Shown here in pieces: positions 9,111 through 18,528 of a DNA stretch of 64,000 nt (positions within the stretch are counted from its first letter, which is position 1; each line of letters begins with the position of its first letter). Source of the stretch: Microcoleus sp. (GTDB lineage: Bacteria; Cyanobacteriota; Cyanobacteriia; Cyanobacteriales; Microcoleaceae); the NCBI GenBank assembly GCA_042408215.1, contig JAYFMW010000020.1, forward strand, positions 544,001 through 608,000, given 5' to 3'. Under the pieces are notes generated by a model. The model was not told the origin of the DNA and did no database searches. It saw only the letters and a list, made by a program, of their open reading frames with translations. The translations under genes and the position numbers were made by a program.

Positions 9111-11015
9111 ATGAACTCAGCAGCAACACTCATCCAACAGCTACCAGAGCTCAGTGACGATCAACTCAAACAAAAATATTTAAAGCAAAAACAAGGAATG
9201 CACACTTTGGCGGAAATATTGCCCCTTGTTGAACAGGAAACTATGGCTTTGCGTGTAGTTAAATTAGCCATAAAAGTAAATATTAAATTAGGCGCAAAAT
9301 TAGCAGGGATGGTAAAGCCAGAGTTTCAAACAGCAACAGTAAAATTAATCGCAAACATCAAAACTTCGCCACTGCTGAAGATTCAACTGCTGGCACTAAC
9401 TTGTTCTGACACGGCAATTCCGATGCTGCTCAAAGGATTGAACAACAAAGAAATTGCAGTGCGCCGGAATTGCATTCGATCTCTAGGGAAAATAGGCTCC
9501 CAAGCGGCCGTAATTGAATTAGCCCGATCGCTCCACAGCGAAGATTCCCAAGTGCAGGCTTGGGCGGCTTGGGCCCTAGGAGAAATTGACTCGCAACCAG
9601 CCGCCGCCGCACTGCAAACAGCCCTCCAACACGAAGCCTCCGGCGTTCGCGCGTGGGCGGTTTGGGCCTTGGGAAAAATTAACCCCACAGCAGCCGTCAC
9701 CCCACTCCTGAATGCCCTCCAACACCAAGACCCGGAAGTGCGTTGGCGGGCGGCCGTCAACTGCGGGCGAATCAACATCAAAGAGGCAGTTCCCTGGCTG
9801 CTGAACGCCCTCAGAGACGAAAATCACATCGTCCGTGCTAGGGCGATTGCTGCACTGGCGAAAATCGGCGATCGAGTAGCAGTACCCCACATCATAGAAT
9901 TGCTCAACGATCCAGACTCCTATGCAGTCTCTTTGAGGGCTGCCGAAGCCCTGGGAAAAATTGGCACGGAAACAGCCCTAGCAGGTCTACTGAGGGCCCT
10001 CAACCATGACGACTCGACCGTGCGCGGGAGTGCAGTTTCTGCCCTGGGCGAAATCAGCAGCGAGGTGGCTGTGGTGGCGGTAATGCGATCGCTCTGCGAT
10101 CGAGACATTTTCGTGCGCGGCCGGGCCGCCGAAGCCCTTGGGAACATCAACACAGCCGGAGATGAGAACTTGCTGCGTACGATCGCATCAGGTCTGGCGA
10201 TCGCGATCGACGACAGCGAATCCTACGTGCGTTGGAGGGTGGCTGCTGCTTTCGGGCAAATTGGGACGACCGAGGCTGTAGCGGGTTTACAGCGGTTGCT
10301 GGGGGACGAAACCTCTGGTGTGCGCCACAGGGCTATAAAATCCCTCGGTCAAATCGGCTCGGCTGCTGCTATTTCAGCTTTGTCAGCAGCTTTAAACCTG
10401 GAATTTGCTGACAGTCGCGCCCAGGCTGCCCAACAGTTACAAAGCCTCGGCACTGAGGAAGAACCAGTTAATTTTGATACCGCAGCCTCCGCAGATTCAT
10501 CAGGTAGCAAACTGCCCAACATCTTAATTGCCTCGGAAGCCGAAGCCAACGAATACATTCTCGATCGCACTGCGGGGCGTAAGCTCAAATACATGATCTC
10601 GATCGCCAGTCCAGGCGTCGCCGAACCCAGAAGTTTTAACCAAGTTCCCAACCGACTGAGGCTGGAGTTTAACGACCTCGACACCCCCGTTGACGACCCC
10701 GATCGCATTTTGCCTAGCCTTGAGGATGTACTCAAAATTATCGACTTCGCCCTCAAAATGTCGCCACACTTCGGCTACGCTCAGTGCGACGCAACTGGGC
10801 AACTTGCTGTCTCTAGCCAAGAAGGTATCAGCCGTTCAACGGCTGTGGCTTTGACGGTTTGCGCTGCCGTTTTGGGCCGGGGCCAAGAACGGGAAGCTTG
10901 GGCGCTGGTGCTAGCCGCCAGACCCCAAGCTCGACCAAATCGGTGGATTGTTGAATTAGCAGATGAAGCTTTGGCCAGAGACGGTAAGTTAGCCTCCGCG
11001 ATGGATCAGTTTTGA
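9111..11015 (+). CDS. HEAT/PBS-lyase repeat protein with a C-terminal tyrosine-phosphatase-like domain
   Basis: About 12 repeats of VR..AA.ALG.I; C-terminal MISIASPG...LRLEFND...GISRSTAVA...ARPQARPN. Confidence 0.85.
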   Translation: MNSAATLIQQLPELSDDQLKQKYLKQKQGMHTLAEILPLVEQETMALRVVKLAIKVNIKLGAKLAGMVKPEFQTATVKLIANIKTSPLLKIQLLALTCSDTAIPMLLKGLNNKEIAVRRNCIRSLGKIGSQAAVIELARSLHSEDSQVQAWAAWALGEIDSQPAAAALQTALQHEASGVRAWAVWALGKINPTAAVTPLLNALQHQDPEVRWRAAVNCGRINIKEAVPWLLNALRDENHIVRARAIAALAKIGDRVAVPHIIELLNDPDSYAVSLRAAEALGKIGTETALAGLLRALNHDDSTVRGSAVSALGEISSEVAVVAVMRSLCDRDIFVRGRAAEALGNINTAGDENLLRTIASGLAIAIDDSESYVRWRVAAAFGQIGTTEAVAGLQRLLGDETSGVRHRAIKSLGQIGSAAAISALSAALNLEFADSRAQAAQQLQSLGTEEEPVNFDTAASADSSGSKLPNILIASEAEANEYILDRTAGRKLKYMISIASPGVAEPRSFNQVPNRLRLEFNDLDTPVDDPDRILPSLEDVLKIIDFALKMSPHFGYAQCDATGQLAVSSQEGISRSTAVALTVCAAVLGRGQEREAWALVLAARPQARPNRWIVELADEALARDGKLASAMDQF

Positions 11016-11081
11016 GCTGTCCGAGTGTCCGAGTGTCCTCCTATAGAGAATTGGGAAAATCTTCCCTCTTCCCTCTTCCTG

Positions 11082-11145
11082 ACATCCGTTACATCCGTTA
11101 CATCCGTTACATCCGTTACAGAATCCGTTGCCGAACTTCCTTCTT
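11082..11145 (+). repeat. 9-bp ACATCCGTT tandem repeat element
   Basis: Four units plus tail GAATCCGTTGCCGAACTTCCTTC; inverted copy at about 47511-47597. Confidence 0.8.
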
Positions 11146-11523
11146 CCCTCTTCCTTCTGCTATAGTTCGATCGACTGTCGCATTTGTGACATTCTGTAGC
11201 AGTCGTCGGGTGCTGAAACAAAAATCGTCAAGCGTCAGCCACCGTGCTGGCTGCGATGACTCCAAAGTTGAGGAATCGGGTGCATCGTCCAACAGACAAT
11301 ATCAGCTTTGGGTCACTCTCTGGGCAAAAGGCTAAGGCAGAATTTTCTGCCTATATTATTTCATGTTGGGAAAATTCATTGCCTGCATAAATTTTTCTTT
11401 CCTTTTATCTGGAGAGGACTTTTACAGGTCGAAAAAGAATTTGGCAACAGCCATCAGGAACCTAATTATCTATTAGAGTTCGATCGCATTTAAGTTTCTG
11501 CTATGAAATGACAAGAATAGCAG

Positions 11524-13614
11524 ATGCTTTGTCGGAGATGTCTCTTGAAAAATAGACCATGTTTTCCGTTTAGGGAACTTAAGAACGTGTTAGATTTTAG
11601 CAGAGTATGTTTTCAAAGAGAGCGGTTGCATATTTCCCAACTTAACTGGCTGACAAAAGCAGGTAATCAAGCCAGTGTATCGGTTGCAGTTTTGGCAATT
11701 CAGGGCGATTCGGAAGGAGAATTGCCACCATTAAACCAGCAGGCAAAACCTGTTGAAAAACCGGTTGCAACTCATGAAAAAAAACGAAATTTATCTGAAT
11801 GGAAGTCGCGCGATATTCCGCAAAATGCGGTGGCTGGGAAAACCGATCGCCAAAAATCAGCCGAGGATTCGGGAGGAAGCTACTTCTTAAAAAACCTCGA
11901 TATTTGGCAATCTAAAATCGGCAGTTGGGGCATTCATCAAAAAATTGGCAGCGGATATTTGCTGGCAATAGGAATCGGTTTTTTGGGTTCGCTGAGTGGA
12001 TTGCTAATCGCCGACTACCACCAAGGAGCAGGAGTAAAACAACTCAATGACGCTCACCGGCAAGCGCAATTGCTGGGCAATTTTAAAGATGCAGCGCTGG
12101 TGGCGCAATTGCAGGGATCGCAGCTAGATTCTTTTGTAGACAATTGGGCCCAACTGCAATTGCAAAAAGAGCTATTTGTCGGGAGTATTACTAAGGCGAA
12201 AAACCTGCGATTGCAAATAGAAAAGTTTGCCGACAGCCAACCCGCTTGGCTAGCAACAAAGCCTGAAAATCTCAAGGCTTTATTGCAAGATTGCACAGCA
12301 GATTTAGAATCCTACGCCGATACTCTCAAGTCTAGCTTGCAGCAAATCGAGCGATCCTCTTCGAGGGCTTCGCTAACGCAATTATCACCACCGGAGATAG
12401 AGTCAGCCCGAAAATTGCTCGCAATCGAAAGCGGATCGGGTGCACAACAACTCCACAGTCACCTTCAGGAATTGAGCAAAATCCTCGACATAGCCCAGCA
12501 GCAGGAAGAGCAAGGCGGTGAAGTGATGGAGGACGCGCAAGGAATCGAAAAGGCGATAATTATAATTAGTATGCTGCTGTCGGTAGCGGTGGCTGGAATT
12601 GTGGCTTACCGCACCAGTCGGGCGATCGCTAAACCTGTTATCAGCGTCACTCAGGTGGCCGAACAAGTAGCCGCCGAGTCGAATTTTGACTTGCGAGCCC
12701 CCGTCACCGCACAAGGCGAAATAGGCTCTCTGGCTGTCTCCCTCAATCACCTAATCGAGCGGGTTTCGGAACATACAAAAGAATTGGAACAAGCTAAGGA
12801 AGCGGCTTTAGCTGCTAGCACTGCTAAAAGCCAGTTTTTAGCAAATATGAGCCACGAATTGCGGACGCCTTTAAATGCGATTATCGGCTACAGTCAACTA
12901 CTTGCAGAAGATGCTGAGGATGGGGGATTTGATGATTGTGTACCAGACTTGCAGAAGATTGAAAAAGCAGGCGCGCACCTGCTATCTTTAATTAACGATA
13001 TCCTCGATTTGTCTAAAATTGAAGCGGGGGGGATGAAACTAGAAATCGAGGAATTTGACATCGAATCGCTGATTGAGAATGTGGCGAGTGCGGCGAAACC
13101 GTCCATAGAGAAAAATGGCAATGTTTTAGAAATTGAGTGCGATCGCACTGCGGGCACAATGCACACAGATTTTGGGAAATTGCGGCAGGTTTTGATGCAC
13201 TTGCTGAGTAATGCTGCTAAGTTTACCAAAAATGGCAGGGTGAAAGTCAGTGTCAGCCGCATTGTAGGAAGTGGAAAATTGAATTTAGGGCGATCGGCTA
13301 TTGATAATTCAATTGCTGCGGGTGAAACTCATTCTGTCACCATAGCTTGTCCTTTGCTGAATGTTCAAGAGTCGGATTGGATTTGTTTATCTGTTAAAGA
13401 TACCGGAATTGGAATGTCCCAAGCACAGCAGCACAAGTTGTTTGAAGCTTTTGTGCAAGCTGACTCTTCGGCAACGCGACAATATGGCGGCACGGGATTG
13501 GGGCTAACAATTAGCCGCTACTATTGTCGGATGATGGGCGGCGAGATTTTGGTGGAAAGTGAGGAGGGGAAAGGGTCTATTTTTACTGTGCGTTTACCGG
13601 CGGGAAATGGGTGA
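11524..13614 (+). CDS. Membrane sensor histidine kinase (HAMP-HisKA-HATPase); true start probably further downstream
   Basis: Two transmembrane segments, [36 protein letters not shown]. Confidence 0.9.
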   Translation: MLCRRCLLKNRPCFPFRELKNVLDFSRVCFQRERLHISQLNWLTKAGNQASVSVAVLAIQGDSEGELPPLNQQAKPVEKPVATHEKKRNLSEWKSRDIPQNAVAGKTDRQKSAEDSGGSYFLKNLDIWQSKIGSWGIHQKIGSGYLLAIGIGFLGSLSGLLIADYHQGAGVKQLNDAHRQAQLLGNFKDAALVAQLQGSQLDSFVDNWAQLQLQKELFVGSITKAKNLRLQIEKFADSQPAWLATKPENLKALLQDCTADLESYADTLKSSLQQIERSSSRASLTQLSPPEIESARKLLAIESGSGAQQLHSHLQELSKILDIAQQQEEQGGEVMEDAQGIEKAIIIISMLLSVAVAGIVAYRTSRAIAKPVISVTQVAEQVAAESNFDLRAPVTAQGEIGSLAVSLNHLIERVSEHTKELEQAKEAALAASTAKSQFLANMSHELRTPLNAIIGYSQLLAEDAEDGGFDDCVPDLQKIEKAGAHLLSLINDILDLSKIEAGGMKLEIEEFDIESLIENVASAAKPSIEKNGNVLEIECDRTAGTMHTDFGKLRQVLMHLLSNAAKFTKNGRVKVSVSRIVGSGKLNLGRSAIDNSIAAGETHSVTIACPLLNVQESDWICLSVKDTGIGMSQAQQHKLFEAFVQADSSATRQYGGTGLGLTISRYYCRMMGGEILVESEEGKGSIFTVRLPAGNG

Positions 13615-13904
13615 TGTGATGTTTGGGCGATCGATGTAGGGAGTACGCCGAGGGGCGAAAATTTATGTTTCAAACCTCTGGTTTTGTGTCCAAATGCTTT
13701 ACTCTTGTCATTGGGGGCGATCGCTCCGGGCGCGATATTTTATTTTTCCCAGATGCCTATTTAATTAAGTTTGTCTGATGCAGTTTGTTAGATTGTTTTC
13801 AGTATTATTGCACTATTTGCAGGCTTCGTCTATAATAATTATATATTGACATTTTGCAAATTTGTTAAAATAAAAAACGTTTATTTAAGGATGTGGATTG
13901 AGCC

Positions 13905-14492
13905 ATGATTAACTGTCTCAATGCTGCTCGCTACTTCATTATCAGAGCTTATGAAGATGGTCTAGAAGCTGAAATGACCAACATGAAAGTTCAGAAGCTT
14001 TTATATTATGCTCAGAGCTTGCATTTGGCGCTCTACAATGAACCATTATTTGAAGCAGAAATTCAAGCATGGCGCTACGGTCCGGTTTGTCCTCCTGCTT
14101 ATAAGTTCTACAGTGAGTTTGAGGCTCAACAACTACCAATTCCTCAGCAAGAATCCTTGTTGCAGCTTCCATCCCAGAAGAAGGAACTTTTAGAAGAAAT
14201 TTGGGAATACTTCGGTGGTTACCATGCTTATCGACTGAGTGATATGACTCACGGAGAATTTCCGTGGAAGAAAGCTCGTAAAGGTTTACCACCTCAAGCA
14301 AGTTCAACGGAGCCGATTCTGCTGAATGACATGAAAGAATTAGGTTATCAAAAGCTCGATCGCATTGAACGCGATCGACCTGAATACGAGCTAGCAATGT
14401 CTGAAACTGTGAATGATGCGTTTGCTTCGGAATCTTTAAATCGTATTGGTAAAGGAGAAGTGCATGACTGGCTCAACTCCCTTCTCGATTGA
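13905..14492 (+). CDS. Panacea-domain (DUF4065/SocA-like) antitoxin
   Basis: MTNMKVQKLLYYAQ...IQAWRYGPV...LSDMTHGEFPW. Confidence 0.88.
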   Translation: MINCLNAARYFIIRAYEDGLEAEMTNMKVQKLLYYAQSLHLALYNEPLFEAEIQAWRYGPVCPPAYKFYSEFEAQQLPIPQQESLLQLPSQKKELLEEIWEYFGGYHAYRLSDMTHGEFPWKKARKGLPPQASSTEPILLNDMKELGYQKLDRIERDRPEYELAMSETVNDAFASESLNRIGKGEVHDWLNSLLD

Positions 14493-14841
14493 AGCATCCG
14501 ATAATTTCAAGCGTTCTTTCAAGAAACTTGCAAAAGTTCACAGAGATAGCTTTGTGGCGCTGATTGGAAAAACTTTGGAAGATTTGATAGACGATCAATA
14601 CCCCAACAACTCTCGTAATGAACCTCTACCCGGAAAAACTCAGTTACCGGAAGACTGGACATTTCATAAATTGGAAATCAGGTTGGCAAAAGGGGCTTCG
14701 GGGCAAATTAGATTGATGTACTTGGTTAACGCTACTACTTGCATAATTAGACTGGTTTGGATTTACAGTCATGAACAGTTTGCCAAACGCCCTGCTGATG
14801 CGGATCTAAAGAGTGTTATCAGAGAAATTCTAGATTTTTAA
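14464..14841 (+). CDS. Putative RelE/ParE-superfamily toxin overlapping the antitoxin 3' end
   Basis: FKRSFKKL...KLEI..KGASGQIRLMYLV...LVWIYSH; operonic overlap with the antitoxin. Confidence 0.7.
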   Translation: MTGSTPFSIEASDNFKRSFKKLAKVHRDSFVALIGKTLEDLIDDQYPNNSRNEPLPGKTQLPEDWTFHKLEIRLAKGASGQIRLMYLVNATTCIIRLVWIYSHEQFAKRPADADLKSVIREILDF

Positions 14842-15010
14842 GTGTATGTTCTAGTTGTCACGGTTGCTGATCGCGCACCCTCGCGTAGTGCTGATCGCGG
14901 TTCCTTGGGTGATGAAGGTTTTGGGGAGTCACCTGATTTTCCAGGCGGTGATGGGGCCCAAGGTGGTTGAATCAATGGGAACAGTAAAGTGTTCCAGAGA
15001 CGATTTAGCA

Positions 15011-15097
15011 ACATAACGGCTCAAATCAGCAGCGGCAGACAAACTCGAACTTAGCACAAGGGGCTTTCGTCCGTCCGCTGGATTTGAATTGTTATAT
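15011..15097 (-). other. attC-like integron cassette recombination site (87 bp)
   Basis: Minus strand ATATAAC AATTCAAATCCAGCGGACG...GCCGCTGCTGATTTGAGCC GTTATGT. Confidence 0.6.
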
Positions 15098-15269
15098 ATG
15101 CAACCTTACAAGTATTAAGTGGCTGCTTCAAAAACCGTCTGCAAAGCAATTTTGTAACCCTCAAGACTCAATCATATTTTTACAACTTTTCGACAAGTTT
15201 CTCAATCACTTCATGGCATAATTTTCTTGGTTCTCGACTAATTTGGATATCCTCTCCATACAGTTGATA

Positions 15270-15296
15270 CCGTCCGCTCCAACAGCGTTGTTAGAT
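15270..15296 (-). other. Truncated (half) attC-like site
   Basis: Minus strand ATCTAAC AACGCTGTTGGAGCGGACGG matches the 5' half of the two full sites. Confidence 0.5.
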
Positions 15297-15331
15297 TCCC
15301 GACGGCTTTAACAAATCTTAACTTCTCACCC

Positions 15332-15363
15332 TTGACCTTATACCTTGATATAGGGTATAGGAT
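15332..15363 (+). promoter_or_regulatory. MerR-type promoter/operator
   Basis: TTGACC, 20-bp spacer, TAGGAT, with the dyad ACCTTATA-N6-TATAGGGT across the spacer, just upstream of the merR gene. Confidence 0.75.
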
Positions 15364-15395
15364 TAGTTTAATAGGTTGCAATGGAGCTATAGCAA

Positions 15396-15824
15396 GTGGA
15401 ACAAGTCGGTGAAGTCTCTCGTCGTTTAGGCCTCAATCCACAAACTCTATATTTTTATGAGCGCATTGGATTGATCCCATCTCCCCAGCGTAATGAAGCG
15501 GGCTATCGCCTCTTTAGCCAGCAGGATATGGAACGACTTGCCTTTATTTCTCGTGCAAAGTCTTTAGGGTTAAGTCTTGATGAAATTAAGGAAATTCTAG
15601 CGTTGAAAGATGGGCAATTACTCACCTGTAAAGCCGTCTATGACCGACTCAGCAAGAAAGTTCAGGAAATTGACGACAAGATTCGACAATTGCGATCGCT
15701 GCATGATGAGCTAGTGCCTTTGGTCGATCGTTGCTACGAAAATCTTCATACTTCTGACAATCAGTGCATTGTCTTTCATAAAACAAACGATGACCCACAG
15801 GGCGATCGCATCCGTTACAATTGA
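15396..15824 (+). CDS. MerR-family heavy-metal-responsive regulator
   Basis: TLYFYERIGLI...GYRLF...LGLSLDEIKEIL; Cys residues in TCK, RCY and QCIV. Confidence 0.92.
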   Translation: MEQVGEVSRRLGLNPQTLYFYERIGLIPSPQRNEAGYRLFSQQDMERLAFISRAKSLGLSLDEIKEILALKDGQLLTCKAVYDRLSKKVQEIDDKIRQLRSLHDELVPLVDRCYENLHTSDNQCIVFHKTNDDPQGDRIRYN

Positions 15825-15847
15825 TTAAACATTAGAGGAACTTTGCC

Positions 15848-16090
15848 ATGACTACCATCAGAGTTGAAGTATTAGGAACGGGTTGCAAAAAATGTCAGCA
15901 ATTGGAAGCCAACGCCAAGGAAGCGATCGCCACTTTGAATTTAGATGCTGAAATACTGCACATCACTGACCCGATCGAAATCGCTAAACGCGGCGTGATG
16001 TCTACTCCCGCATTGACTATCAACGGCAAAGTTGTCAGCAAGGGAAAAGCGATCGCACCCGCAGAAATTCAGCCCCTCTTACAAGTCTAA
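15848..16090 (+). CDS. Small thioredoxin-like redox-active disulfide protein
   Basis: LGTGCKKC, GVMSTPAL.INGKVV. Confidence 0.9.
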   Translation: MTTIRVEVLGTGCKKCQQLEANAKEAIATLNLDAEILHITDPIEIAKRGVMSTPALTINGKVVSKGKAIAPAEIQPLLQV

Positions 16091-16106
16091 TAATTGGATA
16101 AAAACC

Positions 16107-17099
16107 ATGTTCGATCCGTTTTATCCGTTCGACTGGTTAGCCACTCAGATTGTGACTCGCCTCTTGGGTTTATCTGTAACATCTCACCTCGGAGCCAGCT
16201 TACATTTTTTCCTCTACGATGTACCCAAAGTTTTAACATTGCTGATTGTAATCAGTTTCATTGTTGGTACATTTCAAAGCTTTTTAGAACCCGAAAAAGT
16301 TCGGCATTGGTTAGAAGGAAAGCGCACCTTTGGCGGGAATATCCTAGCGGCTATGGTGGGCATCATTACACCGTTTTGCTCCTGTTCAGCAGTTCCTCTT
16401 TTTATCGGATTTTTGGAAGCAGGTGTTCCTTTAGGAGTCACATTTTCCTATCTCATCTCAGCACCAATGGTCAAGGTCGTGGCGGTGGTGTTGCTCTGGG
16501 GATTATTTGGGTTGAAGGTTACGCTTCTCTATATTGGCTTTGGCGTTGGATTGGCGATCGCCGCTGGATATACGATCGGATTACTCAAATTAGAAAAATG
16601 GGTGGAACCCTTTGTTTGGGAACTCCAAAAATCCCATCGAGTACAGGCTCAAACAGAGGAATTTGAATCTCCTCAGCTCACGGGTAAACAACGATTAGAA
16701 CAGGGATGGTTTCAGTCTCGTCAAATCGTGCAATCCGTTTGGCTTTATGTGGTCGCAGGAATTGCGATCGGTGCAGGAATTCACGGTTATGTGCCGACAG
16801 ATTTTATCACCCAATATGCGGGGGCTGGCAACCCCTTAACCGTTCCTATTGCTGTTGTTTTAGGTGTACCACTCTATGCCAATATTGCTGGTGTGATGCC
16901 GATTACTGAAGCACTGGTTAACAAAGGAATGCCCCTCGGAACTGTGTTAGCCGCCCCAATAGCCGTTACCGCTCTCTCATTACCTGAGATCGTCATTCTT
17001 AGAAAAGTTCTTCGCCCTCAACTTTTAGCTGTTTTCATCAGCCTCATGACTCTCGGCATCATCAGTATCGGCTACTTATTCAATGCTCTTCTTGCTTAA
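16107..17099 (+). CDS. ArsP/DUF318-family permease
   Basis: TPFCSCSAVPLFIGF, GIHGYVP, GVPLY, LSLPE. Confidence 0.88.
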   Translation: MFDPFYPFDWLATQIVTRLLGLSVTSHLGASLHFFLYDVPKVLTLLIVISFIVGTFQSFLEPEKVRHWLEGKRTFGGNILAAMVGIITPFCSCSAVPLFIGFLEAGVPLGVTFSYLISAPMVKVVAVVLLWGLFGLKVTLLYIGFGVGLAIAAGYTIGLLKLEKWVEPFVWELQKSHRVQAQTEEFESPQLTGKQRLEQGWFQSRQIVQSVWLYVVAGIAIGAGIHGYVPTDFITQYAGAGNPLTVPIAVVLGVPLYANIAGVMPITEALVNKGMPLGTVLAAPIAVTALSLPEIVILRKVLRPQLLAVFISLMTLGIISIGYLFNALLA

Positions 17100-17141
17100 T
17101 TGACTTACGCTGCATCACCTTGTAAAGCATCATCAGGAGTA

Positions 17142-18401
17142 TTATGGAAGCAGATCGGGAACTTTGCTATTCAGCAGCACCCAACTTTTGAATGGCTTTG
17201 TCTTTCCTTTAAGGTCATGAGTTCTGCAAAGCTTAACTTGAATTTGCTTACCTAACCTTTCATAGACAACATCTGAAATTGTGATTTCTCCTGCTGCGGT
17301 TGCGCCCTCTAGACGCTTTGCTGTATTCACAACATCACCAATCACCGTGTAGGTACGGACATCTTTACCACCAAATAATCCTTCCACCACATCTCCACAG
17401 TGAACCGCGCAGCCAGCCCCAAGCCCATAGGCAGAAAGAACCTCGCGTGCAGCTTTCTGCATGGCTTGGGCCGCAGAAACTGCCTGCTGTGGAGTCGCAT
17501 AAATCGCCATGATTTCGTCGGCGACAAGAGTGACACGTAACGGGTGGAAATTATATACTGCTGACTCAACCTCCTGATAGTAACTGTTGAGCGCACTGGC
17601 GATCGCATTTGGGTCGTTTTGCTCGCACCAATTTGTAAATCCGCGAATATCCATGAACAACACCGCGCGATCGCACCTTTGAAATTCCAATTCCTGCGGA
17701 TTCCTCACAAATGTGTCTACCGCATGAATCCCCATTCCCCACTCCGCCAAATTTCGTAGTAGTTTAGATGTTCGCATCAGCTCCTGCTGTTGCATCAAAA
17801 TTTGCAGCCGTTGGAATCCTAACAGTAGCCCAACTAACAAAAGACTGCTAGCCAGGAATAAATGGGTATTTTTTTCTGTAAACTGCTGAAGAGATTGTAC
17901 GATCGCCGAGTTACTTGAACTTTCACCTAATCTGACAACCAGGTAGAATGCCAGTAGCATCAGCATTCGCAGGATACTTTCCAGGGGTATTATCCAGCGC
18001 TCTAGTTTAGTTTTCCAGCGATCGCGAGCGCCCGCAAGGAGACTAATCGCCAGAGAAAACACCCAAAACACAATGTGGGATGGTTTTTCAAAAAAATTAC
18101 TTCCATCCACCGGCCAATCGACCATTGTGTAGAGACTGACACCAATCAAATTGCCAAATAGTCGGGATGGGCGAGAACCAGACAAATAGGCTGTTTGGGC
18201 GGACATTGCACCAATCAATAGATACTGCGTCGGGTCGGTGACATAGCTATACCAACCATAGAGTGCCACATGCTCCAAACTTTTCAGGATTAAAAAATGT
18301 CCACTGTTGCTGAGAAATTCGCTCAAAAAAGCTGTTAAGCGATCGCCATTTAATCTTGGTTTAAGATTAAGCTTCTGTAGAACCTTTGAGACTTTAGACA
18401 T
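17142..18401 (-). CDS. Membrane-bound class III adenylate/guanylate cyclase
   Basis: Multi-TM N-terminus; LFMDIRGFT, YTVIGDVVNTAKRLE. Confidence 0.85.
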   Translation of the reverse strand: MSKVSKVLQKLNLKPRLNGDRLTAFLSEFLSNSGHFLILKSLEHVALYGWYSYVTDPTQYLLIGAMSAQTAYLSGSRPSRLFGNLIGVSLYTMVDWPVDGSNFFEKPSHIVFWVFSLAISLLAGARDRWKTKLERWIIPLESILRMLMLLAFYLVVRLGESSSNSAIVQSLQQFTEKNTHLFLASSLLLVGLLLGFQRLQILMQQQELMRTSKLLRNLAEWGMGIHAVDTFVRNPQELEFQRCDRAVLFMDIRGFTNWCEQNDPNAIASALNSYYQEVESAVYNFHPLRVTLVADEIMAIYATPQQAVSAAQAMQKAAREVLSAYGLGAGCAVHCGDVVEGLFGGKDVRTYTVIGDVVNTAKRLEGATAAGEITISDVVYERLGKQIQVKLCRTHDLKGKTKPFKSWVLLNSKVPDLLP

Positions 18402-18528
18402 ATAGACACAGGGAACCCATCTCCAAAACACTTAGCTATCATTATTGCACCCAGTATGTCAAATCTATCAATAGAGAAGCCTCAGACCCGCAAAACCGAC
18501 AGATTTCTATAAGCCGCAATAGACCTAA

